DNA of 64,000 nucleotides, taken from the NCBI GenBank assembly GCA_964610125.1, contig CAZSUV010000002.1, forward strand, positions 46,468-110,467, written 5' to 3'. Position numbers and translations under genes: made by a program. This document shows, piece after piece, positions 48,799 through 58,586 of this stretch (positions within the stretch are counted from its first letter, which is position 1; each line of letters starts with the position of its first letter). The notes under the pieces were generated by a model. It was not told the DNA's origin, ran no database searches, and saw only the letters and a program-made list of their open reading frames with translations. The stretch is from an uncultured Candidatus Saccharibacteria bacterium. Lineage in GTDB: Bacteria > Patescibacteriota > Dojkabacteria > SC72.

Positions 48799-48994
48799 CT
48801 CGTGCCTTAGAAATTTGAAAAGTCCATTTGTGTAGCTCTTTTTATTAGTTCCTTAGATTCTCTGAATATTAGTTTTATTTTATCTCTATTCTTTCCTTAT
48901 CTATTCCTCATTCTCCTTACATAATCTCTCAAAATCAAAAAATTGGCCCCCTACTCTGATTGGTTAAAAATTATTTTTGTAGTAACATAAATAT

Positions 48995-50335
48995 ATGAAA
49001 GACAAAATATTTCCTAAGCTACCTGATCAAGATGACTTCTTGATGGACCTACAGAACAGTAATTACAGTTCTCTTACCATACATAACTATGCCAGAGATC
49101 TTTGTATATTTGCTGTCTTTCTTAAGTTCCGTGGTGTTGAGTTTAAGGATGTATCTAAGAAGGACATTTCTATGTACAAGGGATACCTAAAAGCAGGTGA
49201 ACATTTGAAGGATTTGGATAAAATAAGGAAGGAATACATCAAAAACGCCGGTATAAAGGCAATATCTGAGCATGGGACTGCTAGCGACGATTTAACGAAC
49301 GATACTGACTCGGGTGCCATAAATACACCTGCTAAGAAGGAAGTATTTGAGGTTAGTTTCCTGGAGAGCTTGTACAACCGTGTGTATGGGTCGTTTGGAA
49401 TATTCGAAAGACCTATGAATACCAATGCTCGAAAAAAATCTGGTTTGGATGTTAACAGTATTAATCGTATGTTGTCATCTGTAAGATCATATTTGAAATT
49501 TAGAGTTAAATGGGATTTAGAAATTCCATTGCCAGCTGATGCGGTTGATATGATGAAGGCTGAGAAGCGTGTTAAGAAGGTTGCTTCATTGGAAGATCTT
49601 ATTAAGTTGATTGAATCACCATTGGAATTTGAGTCTGATGAGAGAGTTGCAATACGTAATAGATGTATGTTAGAGATGTTGTTTGCTAGTGGTATGCGTA
49701 TCTCTGAATTAATCAATCTGGACCTAGAGAATATTAATGTTGAAGGTAAGATGTATATCATTGGTAAGGGTAAAAAAGAACGTTCAGTTTTTTTGACACA
49801 AAGAAGTTTGGATTGGTTGAATAAGTATTTGAGTGTAAGGCTTAAGTATGCATTTACGAATAAGGATGCGGCGGAGGAACAACCAGAAGTTTTGGATAAG
49901 TTGATGGCTGATGTGAATACTGAGCGTGAAACATCTGGAGATGAATTGAATTTGGAGATATTTGATAAAGGGAATAGGAAATATATTTCTTTGGTTGAGA
50001 GTTACAGGCAGAGTGGGTTCCTTGAAAAGTTCGACTCCCCTGCTCTGTTCATTCCTTTTTCTGGTGGACGGTATGGTAAAGAAGATATGAGAATTTCTAC
50101 AAACTATTTTCAGGAAAAGATTGCTGAGTACAGACGTAAGCTTGGTATTCAGATTCCTACTTCGGCACACAGTCTGAGACATGGTTTTGCTACTTATTTA
50201 GCTGAACAAGGTGCTAGTCCTGTGGCGTTGCAAGCTCTATTAGGTCACGAGAGTTTAAATACTACTACTAAGTATGTACATGCTAGTGAGAAGTTTGCGG
50301 AGGAAACAGTAAGGAAGAATCATCCGTTGAAGTAA
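48995..50335 (+). CDS. Xer-family tyrosine recombinase with two large insertions
   Basis: TIHNYARDL, SGMRISEL (R), GKGKKER (K), HSLRH (HxxR), LLGH, TTTKYVH (Y). Confidence 0.92.
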   Translation: MKDKIFPKLPDQDDFLMDLQNSNYSSLTIHNYARDLCIFAVFLKFRGVEFKDVSKKDISMYKGYLKAGEHLKDLDKIRKEYIKNAGIKAISEHGTASDDLTNDTDSGAINTPAKKEVFEVSFLESLYNRVYGSFGIFERPMNTNARKKSGLDVNSINRMLSSVRSYLKFRVKWDLEIPLPADAVDMMKAEKRVKKVASLEDLIKLIESPLEFESDERVAIRNRCMLEMLFASGMRISELINLDLENINVEGKMYIIGKGKKERSVFLTQRSLDWLNKYLSVRLKYAFTNKDAAEEQPEVLDKLMADVNTERETSGDELNLEIFDKGNRKYISLVESYRQSGFLEKFDSPALFIPFSGGRYGKEDMRISTNYFQEKIAEYRRKLGIQIPTSAHSLRHGFATYLAEQGASPVALQALLGHESLNTTTKYVHASEKFAEETVRKNHPLK

Positions 50336-50345
50336 ATATAACAAA

Positions 50346-50368
50346 AAGACCCTCTTACGAGGGTCTTA
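50346..50368. terminator. Terminator hairpin between convergent genes
   Basis: AAGACCCTC-TTAC-GAGGGTCTT; A tract on the left gives a U tail on the minus strand. Confidence 0.8.
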
Positions 50369-50396
50369 ATAATTGCGTAGTGTATAAAAAAAATAT

Positions 50397-50804
50397 CTAC
50401 TGCATTTGATCAACAATAGCCTGCACATCAGGATTTCCTTCTTGTGCTTTTATCTGTGCCACTGCGGCTGGATCTCCTGCTTGATATCTTGCATATAGAT
50501 CCTTTGCTTTCTGGGTGTCTTCTATGACACTGTTTAAATATGCTGTTAATAATTCCATCTTTTTATTCTCTGCATTAGGACCATATGCTTTTTCAAAAAT
50601 CATATTTAACTTCTTTGTAGCATCTTCAGAGCTTGATTCCATCATTTGCGCCATTTGTTCTAATGTTGCATCATCCGCTGTTGAGTCTAGATCTTCTAAT
50701 GCAATGTCTAGTACTTCTTGGGCCGCTAGGTCCATAAGTTGGTTAAGCTTTTCTTCGGTAAATCCTAATGATCTAAGTTCACTTTTTAATTGTTCGATAT
50801 CCAT
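50397..50804 (-). CDS. Acidic helical hypothetical protein
   Basis: 135 aa, directly downstream of the 726-aa gene. Confidence 0.75.
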   Translation of the reverse strand: MDIEQLKSELRSLGFTEEKLNQLMDLAAQEVLDIALEDLDSTADDATLEQMAQMMESSSEDATKKLNMIFEKAYGPNAENKKMELLTAYLNSVIEDTQKAKDLYARYQAGDPAAVAQIKAQEGNPDVQAIVDQMQ

Positions 50805-50825
50805 GGCAGTGTATGTTTAATTAAA

Positions 50826-53006
50826 TTATTTTCCCATAAATTGAAGAACCTTTTTTGCTCCTTCAGAACCTAGCTTTTGTAATTCTTGTGCTAAGTCAGG
50901 ATTGTTGTTCCCAGCCTTAGCTGCTTCCCAATATTGATTGTATATTCTGTGCTGGTCAATTTGTGGCATTTGGTTCCATACATCGTCAGGGATTCTGTTT
51001 GCTTCTAAGTCAAGATCTAACTGATATCCTCCTACTTGTGATTGGCCACCGTATGAATCAAGTGATGGATTCCCGGTTAGACTTTGATCAGGAGCTCCAG
51101 CCATTTGTCCATCTATGGCGTCACCTGGAAGATTAACCCTTCCGTCCTTTATGAATGAATTACCTTCGAAAGTAGTAGGCTCGATTGGGCCTTCAGCACC
51201 ACCACCTGCGCCACCAGTTTCAGGAGCTGTAGGTGTTCTTGGCTCGATATGTGAAGGTCCTGTAGGGTTCGTTGATGTCGGCATTATTGGTTCTGGTGTA
51301 TTCCATGCCAAGCCATGTGCTCCAAGGAATACGCCACTGAAGATTGCAGATGCTAATAGTCCATGTCTTGCACCTCTAAGGAAATCTTTTGCTGTAGTCT
51401 CTGTGAACGTTTTAATTTTTTCCAATCTTGCAACTCTCTTTTCTAATTTAGTTCTTTCTGCTGGATCTGTAACTGTCGCTAATCTGCGATTCCATCTTTC
51501 AATACCTGAGCCACTGAGCTTGTTTATACCTGTATTTAACAAGCCACCTGCTATACATGTAAGAGCTCCTATTCCTGCTGCTGGGACTCCACCTAAGATT
51601 CCGGTTGAGCCACCAATTACTGCTCCAGCTATGTATGCAATTTTTAATTTTCGTCTTGCTTCTGGAGTTGGGGTTGTTTCGGGTGCGACGGGTGCACTTT
51701 CTTGAGTTGTTGTCGTTGTTGCAGTTGTTTCTGCTGGAGGTGTAACTTCGGTTGATGCTGGAACTCCATTGTTGTTCTGTACATTAATGTTATTTTGTTG
51801 CATCAAAATCATTAACTGATTAATCTGTTCAGAAGTCTTAGACACAGTGGCTCTAATATCCGCTATCTCTTGCTGTTCTGGTGTAAGTGTCACTTCAGGT
51901 GTTACAGTTCCACTTTCAGTCGGTGTAGTTGTCTCTATGGAAGGTGTAGCTCCCCCATTTATTACATTGTTATTTTGAATATGTGTAATATTTAGTTGCA
52001 TTATTAGAATTAACTGTTGAATCTGTGCTGATTGTTCTTTGATCAGAACTTTCATTTCCTTTAATTCCTGTTGTTCTGGTGTTAATTCTTTCTCTTCGGT
52101 CTCTTTGTGTAAATCTTCTGTTGGAGTAGTTTCTTTATTGAGTTCTGCGATAATAGTATCTTGTTTTCCTAAGGCCTTTGCAGCTTCAGGATTACTTCTT
52201 GTAGGAGCGAATCCTTCATTTAAACTTCTATTTCTATCTAATTCTTCTTTATGTAGTTTCTCCTTCATAGCAGCTTCTGCCATGCCATCATTTCTATTTG
52301 GTTCTCCTGAACCACCAATATTTTCTCCTGTAATTCCTACTGTTGTTTGATTTCTAAATCTACGCATTTCTTCTTGGTGTGCAGCATTTTCTGCGGATAT
52401 CGTAGGGGTATCTTTTTCTGCAGAAATTAATATCTCAGGATATTTGTTTAAATCTATTGGATTCTGACTACTGCCTTGTGATTCATAACTTCCTTGCTTT
52501 GGTGCTACAGAGCTATCCTTTGTCTCATGAGTAATTGGAGGTCTTTGCCCATTCATAGCCTTTTCTAAAGCAGACTGAATTGGGGTACTTTCAGAAGATA
52601 CGACAGTAGGTTCTTTTTCTATTAATACCTCAGGATATTTGTTTAAATCTACTGGGTTTTGGCTACTGCCTTGTGATTCATAACTCCCTTGTTTTGGTGC
52701 TACAGAATTATCGCTTTCGTTAGTATCATGAGTAATTGGAGGTCTTTGTCCGCTCATTGCTTTTTCAAAAGCTGATTGAATTGGGGTATCCGATGGAGTC
52801 TGAGTGTTTCCTCTCAACCAATCTACCATTTGATCTGCACCTGCCTGATCCTTCTGCCCAATACTTATCTTCATCCCATTTTCAGCGGTATATGTCTCAC
52901 GACCGTTCTTTCGTTCGTTATACTCACTTTTTTCAATTTGTCTTGCTAATTCTTCATTACTACTATTATTATTTCCACTTTCTGCAACTGGAATATTGTT
53001 ATCCAT
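50826..53006 (-). CDS. Large low-complexity protein with internal repeats and Gly-rich hydrophobic segments
   Basis: 726 aa; duplicated ~55-aa unit; duplicated LTPEQQE coiled segments; AGAVIGGSTGILGG..AAGIGA segment. Confidence 0.8.
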   Translation of the reverse strand: MDNNIPVAESGNNNSSNEELARQIEKSEYNERKNGRETYTAENGMKISIGQKDQAGADQMVDWLRGNTQTPSDTPIQSAFEKAMSGQRPPITHDTNESDNSVAPKQGSYESQGSSQNPVDLNKYPEVLIEKEPTVVSSESTPIQSALEKAMNGQRPPITHETKDSSVAPKQGSYESQGSSQNPIDLNKYPEILISAEKDTPTISAENAAHQEEMRRFRNQTTVGITGENIGGSGEPNRNDGMAEAAMKEKLHKEELDRNRSLNEGFAPTRSNPEAAKALGKQDTIIAELNKETTPTEDLHKETEEKELTPEQQELKEMKVLIKEQSAQIQQLILIMQLNITHIQNNNVINGGATPSIETTTPTESGTVTPEVTLTPEQQEIADIRATVSKTSEQINQLMILMQQNNINVQNNNGVPASTEVTPPAETTATTTTTQESAPVAPETTPTPEARRKLKIAYIAGAVIGGSTGILGGVPAAGIGALTCIAGGLLNTGINKLSGSGIERWNRRLATVTDPAERTKLEKRVARLEKIKTFTETTAKDFLRGARHGLLASAIFSGVFLGAHGLAWNTPEPIMPTSTNPTGPSHIEPRTPTAPETGGAGGGAEGPIEPTTFEGNSFIKDGRVNLPGDAIDGQMAGAPDQSLTGNPSLDSYGGQSQVGGYQLDLDLEANRIPDDVWNQMPQIDQHRIYNQYWEAAKAGNNNPDLAQELQKLGSEGAKKVLQFMGK
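52425..52787 (-). repeat. Intragenic direct repeat (52620-52787 and 52425-52586)
   Basis: TPIQSA.EKAM.GQRPPITH...SVAPKQGSYESQGSSQNP.DLNKYPE.LI occurs twice. Confidence 0.9.
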
Positions 53007-53169
53007 CTCTATTCATTTAGGTAAATTTAACGACCTATTTGAACACAGAGTTTAAATAGGCAGATTTATATATATAAATATAGGGGATGAATTATATGAA
53101 GTCAAGATAATTTCCTTGCTGCTTTAACTTGGAATTTGATATATGATAATGCTTGTTATGACCTTATCT

Positions 53170-55116
53170 TTAGCTCTTGAGCAAGGAGAAATCTTTAGGA
53201 TTATAATCCCCCGTTTCCTTGTGCTGCATATTGAAATATATAATCTCTTTAAGAGCCTCAAGCCCATGCTTAAACCATCTCATCTTTTTACCATCCTCTT
53301 GTGTTCTAGGTTTGTAATAGATATCTAACTGTTTGAAGTTAAGTTTCTTACCATCAAGTTTCCTGTAAGATGAGAATTTCGCAGTCATCTCTGGCTCTAA
53401 TCCAAAATTTGTAGTGGACTCTAGAGTTGAAACGATTCTTCTAAATATATCTCCCTTACCCATCTTGTAACATGTTTCCATATCTTGTGTAATGAAACCC
53501 TTACTAAATGTAAAAATATTTGAAAGCAAGGTTACAAACTTATTCCCTAAGAAGTGAGTTGGACTTATGAACGTATTCCCTTTATTGAATCTATTCCCAT
53601 ATATTAAATCAATATTTGGATATTCTAAGAATGTATTAACAAATGAAATTAAATCATTAGGATTATATTCTAAATCAGCATCCTGTATGACTACTAGATC
53701 TCCCGTTGAATGTAATATTCCATGCTTTACCGTTTGAGATTTTCCGAGATTCTTTGGGTTATCCAAAAGCTTGAATTCTGCATATTTTCTATTCTTTCTA
53801 ATATAGCTTTCGAGTAGTGTTTTTGTATCATCTGTTGAACAATCATTAACTACAACAATTTCTTTTTTGATATCTCTGGGGAATTTTACTTCTACAACCT
53901 TCTCAAGGAGAGATAATATAGATCTTTCTTCATTGTATGCAGGTATAACGATTGAGATTTTTGAGAAATGATCTGCTTTATAATGTTCTGGATAAAGATA
54001 CTTGTAATAGTCTTCAACCATGTTCTTATTTGCAAAATTTATCGATGTATTCTTTGTTATTCTTTTTACTATCTTTCCATCAGATGAATCTATAATGGCC
54101 AATTCGAGAGCTTTCGCAAGGTCAAAGCTATTTCCTCGCTTAAATATATATTTAGTAGTTTCCATCTCTTTTGCAATTTCTTTATTACTTGGTGCGTTAG
54201 AGAGGACAGGGATATTACCAAAAGCAGATGCTTCAAGAATTCCCAAAGCGAGTCCTTCACTTAAAGATGAGTTAACATATATTTTTGATTTTTTAAGAAG
54301 TCTAAATAGATCTTCCTGCTTTATTAACTCAGGTATAATTTCTACATTGCTAGGTAGTGATTTCATTCCTTTTAGTGCATTACCCTCACCTATTATTACG
54401 AATTTCCAATCAGGATACGGGTTCGCAATTTTTTTATAGGCTCTTAATGTAGTACTTGGATCTTTTACTTCGATCCATTTTGCTGCCCAAACTACAATGT
54501 TTTTCTTTTTTGAAATGGACTTATTGATTTCCTTGTTGTTAAATCCATTGTAGATAACATCAATGAGATTCTTCTCTACACCAAATGTTTTTGAAACCCA
54601 GTTTCTTCCAGTTTTTGATACAGCTACAATATTAGTTGCATATTTATGAACCAATGAGAAGATATTTCTATCTGTCCACTGAGCTAATTTATTAACTAGA
54701 GATGATTTGAAATAGACAGGCCCCGCATTATGTTCTACTACAGTATATTGATGCCCGGTTAAAATACATAATATCGATGTAATTAAGCTACTCATTAAAT
54801 GTCTACTGTGGACAAGAACTTGTGCATTTGGGTTCTTTCTGAGTAATTTTAGCACATACAAAGTAAATCTAAGTCCAAATATTGGATATGTTCCATTGAA
54901 AATATTCAATACAGGGAAGCTTTCAACTTGAAATTCGTTAAGTGTACTAGAGCTTCTTTTGTTTGATCCGTGTACAGCTATACAATTTAAGCCTTTCTTT
55001 TGTAGGCCTGAGATTAAATTGAAAGCCATGTTTTCTAGTCCACCGATTCTTGGATAGAAGTAATGGGAGATTGAAATGAAGTCATATTCAGTTTTATGTC
55101 CTAAAAAGTGTTTCAT
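53170..55116 (-). CDS. Fused GT4 plus GT2 (polyprenol-phosphate type) glycosyltransferase
   Basis: YPRIGGLE, EGLALGILEA (GT4); SIVIPAYNEE, NDCSTD, QDADLEY, DMETCYK (GT2). Confidence 0.88.
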   Translation of the reverse strand: MKHFLGHKTEYDFISISHYFYPRIGGLENMAFNLISGLQKKGLNCIAVHGSNKRSSSTLNEFQVESFPVLNIFNGTYPIFGLRFTLYVLKLLRKNPNAQVLVHSRHLMSSLITSILCILTGHQYTVVEHNAGPVYFKSSLVNKLAQWTDRNIFSLVHKYATNIVAVSKTGRNWVSKTFGVEKNLIDVIYNGFNNKEINKSISKKKNIVVWAAKWIEVKDPSTTLRAYKKIANPYPDWKFVIIGEGNALKGMKSLPSNVEIIPELIKQEDLFRLLKKSKIYVNSSLSEGLALGILEASAFGNIPVLSNAPSNKEIAKEMETTKYIFKRGNSFDLAKALELAIIDSSDGKIVKRITKNTSINFANKNMVEDYYKYLYPEHYKADHFSKISIVIPAYNEERSILSLLEKVVEVKFPRDIKKEIVVVNDCSTDDTKTLLESYIRKNRKYAEFKLLDNPKNLGKSQTVKHGILHSTGDLVVIQDADLEYNPNDLISFVNTFLEYPNIDLIYGNRFNKGNTFISPTHFLGNKFVTLLSNIFTFSKGFITQDMETCYKMGKGDIFRRIVSTLESTTNFGLEPEMTAKFSSYRKLDGKKLNFKQLDIYYKPRTQEDGKKMRWFKHGLEALKEIIYFNMQHKETGDYNPKDFSLLKS

Positions 55117-55208
55117 AATAGCATTTTTAACTAATTTCTTATTTCTAAGAAGTAGTTAATTATACCATAAAACGGACCTATAGTAAAATCACTTAGGGCG
55201 GGTATACC

Positions 55209-57110
55209 CTACTCTATTGCAAATAGGACATTGTTGAAATCTGAATAAATAATTTTGAAACCTTTCTGTAACATAAAATCTGTAAAAGGTTGATTGTTGA
55301 TGCCATAATTGTTATCTATTTCATAATCATAAAGATTATTTAGCCAAGGCACATAATCTATATTGGTATACCTAGTGACTGATTCAATTCGTGAAGTTAG
55401 AAGGAAACAAAAACGATTATTTACATCATATTGCAAAATCAAATTTTCATAGGTTTCATTATTTGGTTCAGCTGTGAATTTGACAATGACATTTCTAGTA
55501 TCAAGGCTTTGATATTGAGCCCCTGCTGTTTCAAATCTTGTATTTCCTCTAATCATTAGTTGTGTATAAGGATCTGAAACTATCTGGCATTTCAGATCTT
55601 CATTGCTCGAGAGATACCGTATTAAAGAGGTGTCCTCCCCCACTATGCCCGAAATAACTCCAGTATTTTGAGTGTAAAAAGTGGTATAGGTTTTGATGTT
55701 AGAGAGATAGAATGGAACCGATGAGCAAAGCATTAATAAAAGTATTACTGCTATAATCCATTTCTTTAATCTTAAGCTTTTAATCATATATAGTATCGAA
55801 AAGGTCATGAAGAATGAAGAACCGATTAAAAATTTATTGGCATAGGTTGGTGCTAGGAAGAAGAATACAAAGCATAAAGATACATACACTACAGAATATA
55901 TTGCAAAAGAATGAACCTTCTTTTTGATAAATATATATATAGTCGAGATTATGAAGAGAATCAAAAGAAAACCGTATTGACGAAATAAGAAATTGATATT
56001 GCCAGGAAAATAATAGTTAGAGAATCCCCCAAGTATTTGTATATCAGAAAGTTGAAAAAACTTTTCGATACTAAACCCTCTGAAATTTGCGAGAAAGGCT
56101 ACTATTGCACCAAGCATAGAAGTCATAGCGATTACCTTTAAAATATCAGGGTTTTTCTTTAGTTTGTTTACAATTAGATAATAGATGAAAGAAAAACCTG
56201 CCAATACAGGACCTAATATAAAGTGGGTTGCGAGCAGAATTGGAATTGAGAACAATAACAAATTAAGTTTCAAGCTTCTTTGTGCAAGAATATTTAAGAA
56301 TAATAAGAGGGTAAAAGTTTGTGGAAGTGTAAATGCAAATGAATATGCGCCTACTTCAAATACGAGAATGGTAATTATGGTCCCAAGGATTATAAGTGCC
56401 TTGCTTTTGAAGTATCTGCTTAATATATTGGCTATTAAGAGAGCACAAGTAGCAATAAAGGTGAAATTAAAAATAGTTGATGCAAGTCCCGCCTCTATAT
56501 CAAAACCTATTGTCGTAAACACCTGCATTGAATGAAAGTATGTGGTATATCCTAACTTCTGAAATAGGTTTGAGCATTGATTTGGTGTTAGGCACAATTT
56601 GCCATCTGCCATTTCGATTGCAACAGCATTATGTTGAAGAAAGTCTGTTCCTAATAATGCATTTGTTTTCATACCTAAAATGAAATAAATCCCAACGAGT
56701 AATGCGATCACGCCAGCATATATTACGATTGAGCGTTTAATGGATACATAGTTCTTGATGTCTTTCTTAAATAGTAGAAACACGAGAGATATCATTGTAA
56801 ATGAAAGAAAGGTATATGCTACCGCCCTATATAGCATCTGAGAGTCTAGACTAAACCATTTTGAAAGGAGATAGATTATAAAGTAAGTCAGTGGATATAT
56901 GAGAGTCGATAGAAGGTATCCTACTCCGAAATACGATTTTTTTGTTATTAGTTTTGATAATATTGCAGGAAGAATAAATAATGATGAGATAGAAATTGAT
57001 GCAAATAAGAAATCATTAGATAACTCAATTGTTGGTTTAAACAATACAAAATAGAGACAGTATAAATAACCTGCTGCTATTAGAATTGTGATTAATATCT
57101 TTCTTCTCAT
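55209..57110 (-). CDS. Polytopic membrane protein, possible GT-C glycosyltransferase
   Basis: Many TMs, GTDFLQH loop, soluble C-terminal domain (IVSDPYTQ); next to a GT2/GT4 gene. Confidence 0.55.
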   Translation of the reverse strand: MRRKILITILIAAGYLYCLYFVLFKPTIELSNDFLFASISISSLFILPAILSKLITKKSYFGVGYLLSTLIYPLTYFIIYLLSKWFSLDSQMLYRAVAYTFLSFTMISLVFLLFKKDIKNYVSIKRSIVIYAGVIALLVGIYFILGMKTNALLGTDFLQHNAVAIEMADGKLCLTPNQCSNLFQKLGYTTYFHSMQVFTTIGFDIEAGLASTIFNFTFIATCALLIANILSRYFKSKALIILGTIITILVFEVGAYSFAFTLPQTFTLLLFLNILAQRSLKLNLLLFSIPILLATHFILGPVLAGFSFIYYLIVNKLKKNPDILKVIAMTSMLGAIVAFLANFRGFSIEKFFQLSDIQILGGFSNYYFPGNINFLFRQYGFLLILFIISTIYIFIKKKVHSFAIYSVVYVSLCFVFFFLAPTYANKFLIGSSFFMTFSILYMIKSLRLKKWIIAVILLLMLCSSVPFYLSNIKTYTTFYTQNTGVISGIVGEDTSLIRYLSSNEDLKCQIVSDPYTQLMIRGNTRFETAGAQYQSLDTRNVIVKFTAEPNNETYENLILQYDVNNRFCFLLTSRIESVTRYTNIDYVPWLNNLYDYEIDNNYGINNQPFTDFMLQKGFKIIYSDFNNVLFAIE

Positions 57111-57703
57111 TATTTCTTACATTCTATTGTTATATTTATATGGTCATCAATATTCGTGTTTCCATTAATCATATACGATACGAGTATTATCGAAGCTTCC
57201 TTTTCGTATGATATTACGCCATTTTGTGATGATATGTTAATGCTACACCCCTCTTGTGTAAATGTATTGTTTGCATATGAACCAAATTCTGAGAGGGCTA
57301 ACTTAGAAACATAATAATCGTAATCACTTGGATTTTGTATTTTTATATTCCTGTCTATATCCAACGAGTTCTTTTCTCTTGTAACTATATCCGTCTTGTC
57401 TACTGCGTCATTAGCTATTTTCGCCGTATATGTTGGATAGATGTATCCGATATTGTATCCAGATTTTGTGTATTCAAGTAAATTATCACTGAAGATATAT
57501 GTAGATGTTGTTTGGTCTTTAAGAAGGTAATCTTGCTGGCTATTTGTTTCAAACCACAATTTATTGGGTATGGTTACCACAAGGGAATTTGTCAGATATT
57601 CATATTCATAGAGTGTGTCCTTGATTCTTAAACCATAGAGGATGGAGGTTAAAAAACACACGAATATGATTATTACTAAGAATATTTTAAATATTTTCTT
57701 CAT
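57110..57703 (-). CDS. Membrane-anchored or secreted hypothetical protein
   Basis: N-terminal hydrophobic segment; stop overlaps the next start codon. Confidence 0.7.
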   Translation of the reverse strand: MKKIFKIFLVIIIFVCFLTSILYGLRIKDTLYEYEYLTNSLVVTIPNKLWFETNSQQDYLLKDQTTSTYIFSDNLLEYTKSGYNIGYIYPTYTAKIANDAVDKTDIVTREKNSLDIDRNIKIQNPSDYDYYVSKLALSEFGSYANNTFTQEGCSINISSQNGVISYEKEASIILVSYMINGNTNIDDHINITIECKK

Positions 57704-57728
57704 ATTTAAATATATGAGATATGAGTAT

Positions 57729-57807
57729 AAAAGAAAAGGGCACCCTAAATTATTTTTTTCGACAGTTAAGTCAATAGAATAAAACCTCTGTTAAGAGGGG
57801 GTGCCCT
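57729..57807 (-). terminator. Branched terminator-like hairpin after cassette H
   Basis: AGGGCACCC (57737-57745)/GGGTGCCCT (57799-57807), U tract on the minus strand. Confidence 0.6.
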
Positions 57808-57832
57808 AATCATATGGAACGGTGGTTGTGGC

Positions 57833-58579
57833 TTATTGGACTGGTGTCCAGACAACGTCTTCGTTGTTATTCCAGCCAACATCAATGTATTGCAGTTCTT
57901 CGGTGAGATCACCGGTGAATTGTGGTGTGTAAGCATTGACGTTGAAAGCACGTTCTAGGCGGTCGCCTGGTTTGCCGAACATATAGTAGCAAGAACTTGC
58001 ATTCTCGCAATATGTGAGCAAGACGCGACCAATTTGCCAAGTTTCACCTTGAAGATCGGTTGCTGTTTCTGGGATTACTGCGCCAGTTCCGTACCCCCCT
58101 AGGTCAGCTATGAATTTACCATTGCTATTTGCAGAGGTAAGTACAGCTTTCCAGACTTCATTGTTTGGTGAAGCAGGGGCTGAGACTGGTGTATTTGAGG
58201 ATGATCCTCCGGCAGGAGTTGCTGTGGATAATGGGGCTGTTTTGAATAGCCAGATTAAAAGTACAGCAATTACTACCAACAATAAAGTAATCCAGAACCA
58301 ATCGGGTACTTTCTTGGCAGGAGCCTGATTGACTGGAGCCTGGTTGGCAGGAGCCTGATTGACTGGAGCCTGGTTGGCAGGAGCCTGGTTGGCAGGAGCC
58401 TGATTGACTGGAGCCTGGTTGGCAGGAGCCTGGTTGGCAGGAGCCTGGTTGGCAGGAGCCTGGTTGGCAGGAGCCTGATTGGCTGGAGCCTGATTGACTG
58501 GAGCTGTTGTTACTGCAGGTTCGTCATCCGACACCCAACCAATGAACAAGCTTCCGATTTTGAAACCTTTTTTACCCAT
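57833..58579 (-). CDS. Single-TM protein with NQAP(A/V) tandem repeats, cassette H
   Basis: AAGGAG SD; 12 pentapeptide repeats, TM, C-terminal domain with two Cys. Confidence 0.85.
   Translation of the reverse strand: MGKKGFKIGSLFIGWVSDDEPAVTTAPVNQAPANQAPANQAPANQAPANQAPANQAPVNQAPANQAPANQAPVNQAPANQAPVNQAPAKKVPDWFWITLLLVVIAVLLIWLFKTAPLSTATPAGGSSSNTPVSAPASPNNEVWKAVLTSANSNGKFIADLGGYGTGAVIPETATDLQGETWQIGRVLLTYCENASSCYYMFGKPGDRLERAFNVNAYTPQFTGDLTEELQYIDVGWNNNEDVVWTPVQ
58316..58495 (-). repeat. 12 x 15-bp coding tandem repeat
   Basis: Units GGCAGGAGCCTGGTT / GACTGGAGCCTGRTT on the + strand encode NQAPA/NQAPV. Confidence 0.95.
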
Positions 58580-58586
58580 GATCTTT

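Noticed and set aside
53034-53060. Hairpin CCTATTTGAAC/GTTTAAATAGG upstream of the 726-aa gene as another cassette leader
   Set aside because: No boxA, SD or matching 3' arm found; probably a local terminator or leader hairpin.
58316-58495. Possible CRISPR array
   Set aside because: Contiguous 15-bp in-frame units with no spacers, and no cas genes in the window.
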